From positions 52,671 to 116,670 of the forward strand of contig CALSCP010000894.1 of the NCBI GenBank assembly GCA_943704425.1: a stretch of 64,000 nucleotides of DNA. Reading direction: 5' to 3'. The position numbers were made by a program, and so were the translations under genes. How positions within the stretch are numbered: the stretch's first letter is position 1; every line of letters starts with the position of its first letter. Below are positions 15,910 to 30,078 of the stretch, one piece after another. The notes beneath the pieces were generated by a model. That model was given only the letters and a program-made list of their open reading frames with translations. It had not been told where the DNA came from and did no database searches. This stretch comes from Ministeria vibrans ATCC 50519. Its lineage: Eukaryota; Protista; Filasterea.

Positions 15910-18900
15910 TCACTTTTTCGCTTTCTTCGCTTTCGTTGTCTTCTCCGTCTCCGTCTCCACCAGCGCTCTCTTTCCCTTTGTCTTCTTCGGCGTCTCCTTC
16001 TCCGTCTTGCTCCTCTTCCCTCCAGCGCCTTCCCCGTCCACTCCTGACGCTGCCTTGCGCTTGCCTCCACCTACCGCAGCCACCACCTCCCCCTTGACCT
16101 GTCGTGCCACCCGGCCCACTTTGGTCCCACCTTCGTGGCCCTCGACTGTCCCGTCCACCGCTTCCACCACCCGTGACCAGCTCGCCCCCGCCTCAATACC
16201 TCCCTTGCGCATCGACTGTGCCCACGCACGCACAAACTGGAGCACATCAATCAAGTGGGCACTCTTCATCTGCTGCGCTCCCTTCTTCTTCCCCTTTCCT
16301 TTTCCCTTGCTCTTCTCCTTCTCAGCGTCCTTCTCCTTCTCTGTCTCCGTCTCCGTCTCCCCCTCTTTCCTCTGTGTCTCTCGTTGCAGTGTCATTGCCA
16401 GTGCCTCGTGCATCGCATCGACTGTCTTCGCGTCAACCTTGACCCCATCCTTCACTGTGCCGCCCTTAACCAGTGCTTTGAGCAGTCGGAATGTCTGCGA
16501 CACAAGGAACCCTCTTCCGCCTCCTTCCCCAGCCGTCATACCCGCCAGCATGTGCGGCACAAGCACGTGCCATGCCAGTGCGCTCTGGCGTCGAATCAGC
16601 TCGCCGAAGAAATCCGCTTGCAATCGGGTGCCGCGACGTGCCAGAAAATGATCGTACGCCGTCTTGTACAGCTGCGACAGTCGCTCCTCGTCAAGACGAC
16701 CGCTCGCCTGCAGCGTGCGCACCAACACAATGACGCAACTGGCCACGAGACTCGAGTGCTGCATGTTGAGAATGCGAGTTGTCTCGCGGAACACTTCGTC
16801 CAGACTCGCATTGAGACGCTCCAGTCCCGCCGCCGAGTGCACCACCGGCACATGGCGCAGGTGACACACACGGTTGCGCAGGATTCCCGCCACCCGATCG
16901 TACAACATCTTCGCAGACTCGTTGGCTGCGTTGACACGCAGTGCATGCAGCAGCGGCACGATCAGATCGAGGCACAGCTCGGGACCCGTCACTGTCTCTG
17001 CGGCCGTTTCTACTTCTGCACTTGCAGTCGCCTTCTTCGCCTTCTTCGGAGTCTTCTTCTTGCTCGGCGTCACCGCCGCCACCGCTGCTGCTGCTGGCGC
17101 TGGGCGGTCCACTCGACGCACAAAAAGCGCAAGAAGCTGCAGGACGCGCATCTTGAAGTCGGCCGAGCGTCGCTGGGCGTTCTTGCGCTCCTGCTTGCGC
17201 TCACTCGTTGATCCCGCACCACTTCCACCCAACGCACGCGACTGTGCCTTGAATGCGGCCACGAGAAGCCCGTCAAGGCGCTCCATTGCATCATCGTCCA
17301 TCGATGACACGTCGCTCTCGTTGTCACTGTCGTCGTTGTCCTTCATCTCGTGCACAGCGGGTCCCAGTGCCAGCCGAATGCGCGCACGCAGATCCTCATC
17401 GACATCGGCTTTCTCATCCCCATCATCATCTTCCTCCTCCTCTTCCTCCTCCTCCTCTTCCTCATCGTCACTCGACGACTCCCCTCCACTCATCTTCTCC
17501 ATCTCATCATCATCCCCTTCCTCCTCCTCTTCCTCCTCCACGTCGTCGTCCTTGCCACTGTGCTCCTCCGGCAGTGCCGTCACCACATCCACCAGCAACT
17601 CCATGGCGGCGCGTGTCATCTTCGGTGCGAGCAACACAAATGCCTGCTCGACAATGTGACGCTGGCAGACGGACGCCTGTGCCAGCCAACTCAGCAGAAT
17701 ATCAACCAACACTGCAAAATTGTCGGGGCGCGACTGCTTTGCGTCCTCGCCTTCCCCCTCCTCCTTCTCCACACTCATGCTGCGCTGCTCAAACTCCACC
17801 TCGTAGCACGTCAGCAGCTCCTCACCCGACGCATCGGCATCGGTCGCAGTGCTCAACGCCAGCGCACACTCGAGCGACGCGTACGACAAGAGAAGCGCAT
17901 AGCCACGCGCAGTGGACCCTTGCGACTGCGACGCAAGCGCACGAGTCGCCGCCTGAAGTCGCTCTCGCACACTCTCCGGTGCTGTTTTCTTTGCCTTCTT
18001 TGCGCCCTTCTTACCGCTACTGCTACTACTCTTGCGTGCGTCAATCCACTCGTCCAAGAAAGTCACCCACAGCTGGCCGTCGTCGCGTTGTCCCGGAATC
18101 ACTCGTGTCTCCTCCGCTTCGCTTGTCGCCTCTTCCTTCTCCTCCTCATCTGTCACCTCCTTCTTCTTCGACTGAATCGTACACAGCTCGGCAAGAACCG
18201 ATCGGAATCGCTGCAGACACTTCTCGTGCGTCCACTGTCGCTTCTTCTTGTCCTCATCGTCATCATCATCGGCATCATTCTCCTGCGCCTTGGCATCGCC
18301 ACCAGTGGCCTCCTCTTCGACGTGCTTCTTGGCCTCGTCGAGGGCCAGTGCCAGCAAATGGGTTGCGGCGCGCTCGAGCCACACGTCCGAACGAGGCAAG
18401 TGAGGGTTGCGCACAAGGGCAACAAGCTGGTCGGCGGCCCAGTGGCGCGAGACTGACACGGTTGGGGTGGCAGTGGCAGAGGGGTCTCTCCTGGTCGCGT
18501 CGATGAGAAACTCGACGTAGTCGGTGACGCCCTGGGCCGACAGCTCGGCAACAATAGACTCGACAGTGCGTGTGCGAGTGCGATTGTCAAAGCGAGCAGC
18601 GCCATGGGGCCCCAGGAGATGTGTGACGGCGTGGATGCAGAGGACGTCGCTGCGGCGGGCGCGAACGGCGAGCACAATGGCCTTGGTGGCGTGTGCGGCG
18701 GCCGGGTGCAGGTTGTTGGTTGGCGCCGCGAGGTTGTTGACGAGGCAGCGCAGCAGATGCGGCGAGAAAATGACGTTGAGACGGTCGCTGGGCCAGTCGG
18801 GGTTGGCAAGGGCACGCTCAAAGAGCATCAGGCCCAACAGACGACGCTCGTGCGACGACTCAAACAGCTGCTGGTCCACTAAAGTCGCCCAAACGCGCTC

Positions 18901-19966
18901 GAGCAGCTCAGGAGCGCGCGTGAGCACGGCATGAAACAACGTGGTCCACGCAAAATGCACCTGGGGTGCCTGAATGTACTCGTTGCTGATGCGCATCACC
19001 TTGGCAATCGTCTCGAGGTTCTTCTCGTGCAAAGGGTTTCCCTTGCGCCATCCCGCAAACACACTCTTGTCCGGTTTGCCGCCCAGCAGTTCGTAGGCAA
19101 TCAGTGCCAGACCAATATGGGAGCCTGTAGTGTACATCTAAAGAACAAAAACGACAAAAAGTGTTTGAGAGAAAAGCGCACGTTACGATGGAAAGGGATG
19201 TGTCGTACGGGACGATTCAGTTCTTCGTCGTCTTCGTCGTCTTCTTTGGACTTGGAGACTTTGGTTGGGGCCGGGAGAAACTTGAAGAAGAGCGTGAAGG
19301 GCTCGGCCTTGAGCAAGTCGAGGGGAAAGGACGCCGAGCGCATGAGGTCGGCGAGGATGCCGAGTGCAATGGGCTCCATGTACGGCTTGAACTGCGCACA
19401 GGCGACGAGCTCGTTGGCCATGCGCAGCGCCTCGTTGCGCGTGAGCTTGCGGCCTGATCGCACAATGGAGGCAATGCAGAAGACTCGGCCGTAGCAGGTG
19501 TCGCGTGCCTCGCTTGGCTTGAGCGGCGCAAGGAACTGAAAAGTCGTCGCGACGGTCGAAATGTCTTCGTTTGCTGCAGCATCGCCATTGACGCCGTCTG
19601 CAGAGCCGTGGTACGGCGCATCAAGTCCGCCATTGCGGCCAAGGACATCGTCAAGGAGGAGGAGGACCTGGCGGACGCTGATGCGGGCGGGGAGGGCCTC
19701 GACAAGCATGGCGAGCGCAGACGCAAAGCCAGGACGCGCACCCGCATGCCCCGACGCCAGGCCGCGCACCAGCCGACGAAGCGAGTAGTCTACGTTCCCC
19801 GCGTCGTCTGACGCTTTGATATCCTGCAAAAGTGCCCTGTCAGTCTGAACGCGTGGGGGAAAAAAGTTTTTTGGCGTCGCACCTCAATGAGCGCATTGCA
19901 CGCCGCAACGCGCGACGACTGATCGACCTTGGCAAGGTTTCCAAAGTGTACAAGGATGTTGGCCAT
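15910..19966 (-). CDS. MYBBP1A: MYBBP1A / Pol5 ('DNA polymerase phi') nucleolar rRNA-biogenesis protein
   Basis: N-terminus FGNLA...RVAACNAL, YSLRRLVRGLAS...ARPGFASALA, SSHERRLLG, LVDILLSWL, MDDDAMERLDGLL, DFKMRVLQLL, acidic insert and Lys-rich C-terminus. ATG at 19966 with short introns. Confidence 0.88.
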
Positions 19967-20088
19967 CTCAGTCAAGAGTAATTGAAGTATTAAGAATGAA
20001 TTGAATTCAAATTTCAATTCACGAGTTGTGTTTCGATTGAAAGATTGAGAGATATTTTGTCATTGGAGTTCAGAACTTTTTTATTCAG
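19967..20088. promoter_or_regulatory. Putative compact bidirectional promoter (122 bp between divergent ATGs)
   Basis: AT-rich spacer between the MYBBP1A (-) and HEAT (+) start codons; inferred from geometry only. Confidence 0.5.
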
Positions 20089-23000
20089 ATGAGTACAGAA
20101 GTGAATGAAGCGTTCCAGTTGATCCGGGACAAGAAGAAGCTCTACCGAGACCGTGGGCTTGTCAAGCTGCAGGCGAGTGGCGACGAGAGAGCGGAAAGAA
20201 CGTTTTGACATTTGGATTGTGGAGTGTAGGATTTGGTTGTAGCTGCGGCTCGTGACGAGACGGCATGGCCTGCACACGCTGAGGTGGAGGAAGGTGAGAC
20301 ACGGTGTGAGGCGATTTGGTTTGTTACTTTTTCGGGTTTCTCTTTTTTTTTTATGTGTTTGAGTTTGGTCGACTGACCTTTTTTTTTTTCTCTCTTGTAG
20401 CGATTTTGGCTCTGCTTGAGAAGACGCACTGGGAGCCGGTGCACGGAGGGCTATCGGCGGCCAAGATTGTGATCTTGTACGCGGCGCAGGTAAGCGAGAG
20501 CGCGTGGAGAGAGAGAATGAGACTTTTGGTGTTTGACGATGGAAAGTGGTTTAGGTGTCAGCGCACTTTCGCGAATCGCTTGTGGATGCGGCTGTGCGGT
20601 TCCTCGACTACAACGAGTCTCGTGTGCGCACGGCTGCGGGCGAGACGACTGGTATGGAGCAGAGGGAGAGAGAGAGAGGGGAGAAAGAAAGAACGTTTGT
20701 GTGTGTGTGTGAGTGAGTGAGTGAGTGAGGGGAACAAAAGAGACAAAGATATTATTACATGTAGATGTAGAAACAAACGAGAGAGAACAAATGAGAGAGA
20801 TGTATTAAAGTGCTGGTTCCAACAGGTGCGCTGTGCAAACGATTTGGTGTGTCGATTTGGACGTCGCGTATTGGACCGGTGCTTATCCCTAAGATTGAGT
20901 CGAACCTCGAGAGAGATGCAGACCATTTGGTCTTTACGCCAGGTACGTAAGTGAATTGCAGCGGTGGTGGATTGACTTTTGTATTGTTGATAGAGGGAAT
21001 GAATTTGGTGCACAAAATTCTTGGGCCTGATTTTGTCGTTGTGCCTGACAGCGAAGCGGACACCATCATGGAAGACGTAAGGGAGGGCAAGGGACAGATA
21101 GGAGAGAAGGTGCTGAAAAATAGGTGTGTATTTGTGTGTGTGTGTGGTTATTAGGCGACACCGTCAGCAGTGCATCAGCCGCACTCACACTCGCACTCAC
21201 ATGGCGCTGAGGGGGACGCAGATGAAGCAGCGTCGATTGCAAGCATGTCGTCGACGGCGAGTTTGACTGCTGAGCAGATCTTCCACGACACAGCGGGATG
21301 GAAGTGCCTTGAGACAAGCATCAATTGTCTGGCGGAAGTTATTGTGGGGTGTGGAGGGGCGTTTTATGCGCAGCTGACGACGGATATACTTGATTTGGTG
21401 TACACTTCGATGATGCATGTGAATCGTTATGTGCGCGAGACGTGTGCGCGCATCTGTGGCACTGTTGCTGAGTGCTGTGCTGCCGCTGGAGAGGATGGTG
21501 AAGCAAGAATTGCCCTTTTGGCCGGTAATTCTTTTTTCTCTCGTCGCTGTTCATTTTCTTATTAATTGTCACTGGGGTGATGGTTACTACCTTATCTTTC
21601 CTTTTTTTTTTTTTAGTCTTTCACTCACTTTTTTTTCATCTACTTCATTTTGTCTCACTCTCACTCTTGTCTTTCTCTCTTTTGTGTGTGTGTGTGTGTA
21701 GGAGAAATGGCGCACCGTCTTGTGGCAGTGATGAGCGATGACTGGAGCCAAGTGCGTATGGCAGCGTGTGTAGCTGCGCGTCAGCTGCTAATGGCCCTCA
21801 AAGACGAGACAGTGCGTGAGACGCAGGTGTTTCCCGTTATTGTACCGCCACTGTGTCTTAACCGCCATTTTGTGGCCGAGGGAGTGCGTGTGTACAGTCA
21901 GGAGACGTGGCGTTGTGTCATGAAGACTAGTGGAGCGGCCACGGTGGCCCGTCTTATGGCTCAGACAGTTGATTATTACATTGCTCAGGCTGAGGTAGAT
22001 TTCATATGGGTAGTCCGGTGTCGTTTCATCTAATTTCTTTTTGTGCTACGTCTATCTCTCTTTATACTTTCAGGCAGACAACCATGAAATCCGCGAGTCT
22101 GCCTGTGCGTGCATTCTTGAGCTCGCGACCAAAATCCGTCCAGCGAGTGTCGTCGAACCTTTTGTTGCGCGCCTTGTCGACGCACTCATTGCGTGTCTGC
22201 GCGACGAATCATGGCCCGTGCGCGACACTGCCAGTGTAGCTATTGGCAATTTTGTCAAGGCCTTTGCTACGCTCTGCGAGTCTCGTCTCGAGACAGTGTT
22301 GGGGCTCATGTTTGACCATGTCTCTGACAATGTCCCAACGTACGTTTCGATTTCTTTCGCCATGCACAACTTTTTTTCTAACCCATCATTAATTACCCTT
22401 TGAATCACATCTCGTAATCCGTATTAGTGTGCGCAACAATACAGCCATCAGTCTTGCTCAAATCATCCGCGCCTATGGCCCGTCCGTCTTCTCTCGCGTT
22501 CACACATTTGCCACCGAGAAGATTCTCTCAGTCCAATCGCAGCCCAACGACGATCCATCGCTGTCGAACCTGTCTGACCCTGCTCAATACAACACAGCAA
22601 AACACAAGCGTGACAATGACGTTGCCCTCCACACCGGACAGGCGACCTTCAGCTGTTGCTCGCTCGGGCCCAAGATGAAGCGAGTCGGTGCCGACTGCGA
22701 TCATTCCTTTGTGAGGCCTCCTGTGCCGTGGGAGGTACGGGAGTGGAGAAAGAAGGGAGAAACAAAAGTGATAGAGAGAGGGCCCTTGAGAGTTGTGACC
22801 ATGTTGTGTTGTGTGAGAGGGATCTTGATTATAAATCCCATTTGCATGTGAAGAATGGCAGTGATCACCAGTTGTTTGGCCTGATATACCAAACTCTTGC
22901 GAAATGGACATTCGCCAATCTCAAATTATCAAACTTTTTACGCAGTTCTTTTTTCTCTTAATTTGCATTTTGTATTTTTCTTATGTAGGAGAGTGACGGG

Positions 23001-23619
23001 TGTGTACGACTCATTCGCGAACTGTCTTTCATTCAACCTGATTGTGTCTTCCCGTTTCTTCCAAAAATCGCAAAACTGTGCGACAAACGGTAAGGCAATT
23101 CACACAACGGGAAAAACTCATCATTACGTCTTTTGTGTTCATTTCTAGAAACTACACTCACCACTTTTCCCTGATGGAAACCATTTTTGAGTCTCTTCCG
23201 CGCATTGCGGAAGCTGTGACAGTCAAAAAGTTCAAAATGTATTTGGAGGTACACGTACCATCAATCAAATATCACAGTCAACTGAACTTTGTGTCTCTCG
23301 CTACTTCTCCACCAGTATTTCCTCGATGGACTGTTCTACGCTGTGCGCAGTGAGCATGCACTGTGTGCTGCTGCTGCCGGTGCTTGTCTGGCGGATTTTA
23401 GATCAAAGTTGGGTCCTACTATCATGCGGGGTCGCGTCGAGGTCAGTGAATTTGAAGAATAAGACGTGATTTTATCGAGTATTTTGCTTGTAGAATCACG
23501 ATCCGTCCTTTTTGCCAACCTACGACTCTTCTCCGCTGATCAACAACTCTCGGGCAGTTGTGACCAATTCGCCTGTGTTTTCGTCAGCGTTTCCTTCTCC
23601 TCAGATCAATCGTCATTGA
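20089..23619 (+). CDS. Uncharacterised HEAT/ARM-repeat protein (many exons)
   Basis: HEAT-type motifs HVNRYVRET, SDDWSQVRMAAC, ADNHEIRESAC, LRDESWPVRDTA and SDNVPTVRNNTA, plus IFHDTAGWKCLETS and FSCCSLGPKM. Checked junctions join in frame; stop TGA at 23617-23619. Confidence 0.75.
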
Positions 23620-23732
23620 AGATGAATAAATTTTTACTTCTTCGACTTCTTATTGTGAAAGAATTCTTTCTGAACATCAGATATGTATGAAGGTGCTTTA
23701 ACAGCAATGCAGCAGAGGTATGCTCGTTATTG

Positions 23733-24746
23733 TCACGGATGGTCACACAACAACTCATTGATCGCATCCGCAGCCGTCTGAGCGTCGTTCAAGAGCAAGT
23801 ACTGCTGATTGCGGTCACCGGGCGCACTCCAGTGGTTCGCGCCCGTGGTCCCATTGACCACATTGTGACCCAGCGACAAGCTTGTTTCGGTGCACCCGAC
23901 GGCCTGAGCGCCACGCACAGCGTACAACGTTGTCAGAGGATCCCACGAGTCGTGGTTGTTCCCTTTCCCTGCCAGGTCAATGTAGGCCCGACGACACGGG
24001 TTGGCGTCGGTTGCACATGAACTGAGAGGTGCAGCTGTGTGGACTTTGGAGCCGACTTCGAAGCCGGAGAAGACGAGGCGTACGGAGCGGGGCATGCGGT
24101 CGACAGCGACCTTGCTGGTCCCCAGGCAGTCGTCAGCGGGACCCATCAGATGTGCCGCACACGCAAAGTTGAACTCACCCTCGCTGGGGTCGCTGTGGGG
24201 GTACTGCCCGCCCATCCAGGCGACCATGCGGACCTTGGCGGCAACCAGGTCGTGCCCCGACAGCGGACTGTGGTGGTCGGGCGGTGACTCAAGCAGACGC
24301 GCCAGATTGGTCATGAAGCCAATGCTCGAGATGACCACGCTGTGGTCCGGTTGGCGGACCAGCACCGAGCGGTACACGTCGACGGCATCGGGTACTTGTG
24401 TGTAGTTTTTGATGGGTGAGGGATAGTTCTCAACGAGATCCAAAACATACTTGCCCGGCACATTTTTCGCAAATTCACCCTTAAACGCACCAATGGCAAC
24501 GCCGTCGTGCCCATAGAAGTGATTAAGAACACTGACAGCACCAACGCCCTGCGGCAGGCCCGTGTCGTGCACCACAGCGACGAGTTCCGTCTCGTTTCGG
24601 TGCATGAGCGCATTCGCAATGCACACCGCCCCCACGTCGTCCACATCGAACGCCATGTCCGTGTCGATGATCAATCGAACAAAGGGGTCGCTCACGGCAA
24701 GCGTGAAGAGTGCAGCAAGCACACAGCAGGTCAAGACACGTTGCAT
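23733..24746 (-). CDS. Secreted inosine/uridine-preferring nucleoside hydrolase family protein (intronless)
   Basis: Signal peptide MQRVLTCCVLAALFTLAVS; Ca-binding motif IIDTDMAFDVDD; SIGFMTNL, MGG, EFNF and SWDPLT. Confidence 0.88.
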   Translation of the reverse strand: MQRVLTCCVLAALFTLAVSDPFVRLIIDTDMAFDVDDVGAVCIANALMHRNETELVAVVHDTGLPQGVGAVSVLNHFYGHDGVAIGAFKGEFAKNVPGKYVLDLVENYPSPIKNYTQVPDAVDVYRSVLVRQPDHSVVISSIGFMTNLARLLESPPDHHSPLSGHDLVAAKVRMVAWMGGQYPHSDPSEGEFNFACAAHLMGPADDCLGTSKVAVDRMPRSVRLVFSGFEVGSKVHTAAPLSSCATDANPCRRAYIDLAGKGNNHDSWDPLTTLYAVRGAQAVGCTETSLSLGHNVVNGTTGANHWSAPGDRNQQYLLLNDAQTAADAINELLCDHP

Positions 24747-24825
24747 GAGCACACAATAAGTAGACCTAATTAACTAAATTTAACTTCAGTGAGTTCAGTC
24801 GTAACTTTTTTTTTGAAAGTTTGTA

Positions 24826-25231
24826 ATGGCCGACAAAGTACCTTCCCGAAACGAATCAATTGACTCGACCGCCGAGGAGGGCGCGTACGACGAAGAAGAG
24901 AGAGAGAGAGAGAGAGAGAGGGAGAATGTATATAGTTTTTGTTTTGCAATTGTTGTCCCATCCGGACGATTTGGACACATGCGCCGCCTACGCGCCCCTC
25001 CTGGCTCACACACATGTCTGCTCTGGCCGCTGCATGGCATCGTTGCGTAGGCGTCCCGAGTGGGAAGACTCCAAAACGGTGACACACTGTGGAAAGTGTC
25101 AGAAGAAGTTCACGACGACCAAGAGAAAGCATCACTGCCGCGCGTGCGGCCAGGTGCGCTGCAACGACTGCTCCAACAAACGCATTGAGGTATCCGTCTA
25201 TTTTTGGGACGAGGAGTGTCTTATTAGTGCG

Positions 25232-25267
<36 letters not shown>

Positions 25268-26771
25268 CTCTTTTTGTCTCTCTTCCGTTGATTTTTCTGA
25301 CTTATGATCTGATTTATGACGACGAGCAGCTGCCGGAAGAGTACGAGGCGGGGACTGGCAAGCAGCGGGTGTGCGACCCGTGCTACTTCTATGCGATTGA
25401 GATGGCTGCGTCGCAGAGTGTGATCGCTGTGGAGAAGCCCGACTACGCGCGCGTGCTGGCCGACCTCAAGGGCCGCGCCATGGACGTCATCACGTAAGCT
25501 GCCCTCCTCCTCTCGTCTCCCTCCCGGCAGCCCCGCTCGCTGACAGACTGAGCAACTCCCAACTGATAATTCCCAATGCGCCGTTTTTCTGCTCTTTCCT
25601 GTCATTGGGGCCGCCTGCTTGCTCCACCCCTGTGGCAAGCAGGCGTGTCGATCTGTTGAGTAGAACGGTGTCACATTTGTGCAGAGAACCTTTTTTTTTT
25701 TCTCTTTCTCTCTTTTGATTTGTGTGTTGACATTTTAAGTTTTTTTTCTCTTTCTTCTTTTTTGACACTCTGTGTGTGTTCAGGTGCCCTGAGAGCGAAT
25801 GGAAGCCATGGGTAGACAAGATGGGAGTGAATGTGTGTGCACGGAAACAGGAAAACTCCAGTTTGCTTCTGGTCCGCTCTAAATTCTTCATCAAAGCACC
25901 GCGTCCTAAGGTAGGGATTAGGTTGAGGAGAGCGACTGGGAGGGGAGGGGCGGCGATGCTCATGGTTCCATTGCGTAGGTTCTTGAAATGTACGAGGACA
26001 AAGCACTGTGGAAGAACTGGTCACCGTCACTGCTGGACTGCACGACACGCGAGGAGTTGGAGGCGCCGCCCAACTGCCGCCACGCCGAAGTCATGGTCGT
26101 GACGTACAAGGCGCCTGTTGTGTCCAACCGCGATCTTGCTGTGTTTTCTGTTGTTTTTGATGGCATGCTTCACGAGCCTGACAATGCCGACTCGACGACC
26201 ATTCTCGCTTGCTCTGTCAATCATCCTCTCATCCCCAAAGTGCGACAGAATCAACGAATCTTTTCATTTCATTTGTGGCTCTAACAGTATTGTTGTGTGC
26301 ATGTATAGAGCAAAGGAATTGTGCGTGCGTGGATTTCACTGTCGTGCACTCATTTCATTTCAGCGGACGGTGGCACATGGATTGTGTCGCACATTCACGC
26401 AGACCCCAAGGGACTCGTAAGGAACAGACTAAAAATTGATTTTTTTTTACTGTGCATGTCATTGTCCCATTTTTGCTCATTCCCAATGTTACTCTCACAT
26501 TCTCATTTTTCTTCTCACTCTTTTTCACACCCTCACTCATGCATTCTACCTGACTCTCTTTCTCTCGCTCTCAACTCACCACTCTCGTTCTTCCTGTTTT
26601 GCTCCCATTCACACACACACTCCTCCCATATCAATCTCTCTCCACTATTCTCACTTACACACTTTTTTCTGTCTTTTTCAGATCCCCAAGAAGGTGGTCA
26701 ATTTGGCCATTTCCAATGCAGTGGGCGACACTGCTAAAATGCGAGACTACTTTGAAAAACACGCTGAGTAA
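24826..26771 (+). CDS. FYVE zinc finger plus START lipid-transfer domain protein (multi-exon)
   Basis: FYVE: WEDSK..CGKC..RKHHCRACG..CNDCS..RVCDPC. START: WK..VDKMGVNV, WKNWSP, APVVSNRDL, SVNHPLIP, GIVRA, ADPKGLIPKKVVN. Confidence 0.85.
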
Positions 26772-26886
26772 AAATCCTGTTTATCTTTGTCATTCTCTAT
26801 AATATTGTTTTCTTTTATCGTGACTGTGCATGTTTTCAGCATGGAAAGTAAGGGTTTCTTTTTTATATAGCAAAGTAAGATTGGAA

Positions 26887-29886
<3,000 letters not shown>

Positions 29887-30078
29887 ACGATTAATAATAA
29901 TAATTGGTTTGGTAAATAAATCACTATTGGTAAGTCTGAAATTATGAGTCGATCGACAGTCCCTTTCTTCTACGTCGCCAAGCCGCTCAAAACTACTTTG
30001 AAAGCAAGGTGATAATTTAAAGGACGCGGTCACGGACTCACGAACAACGTAGTAAAAACAAACTGAAACACGATATTA

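Noticed and set aside
17253-18506. Long antisense or alternative-frame ORFs over MYBBP1A, ATM and the DUF3638 gene
   Set aside because: Expected shadow ORFs of GC-rich coding sequence, with no domain motifs.
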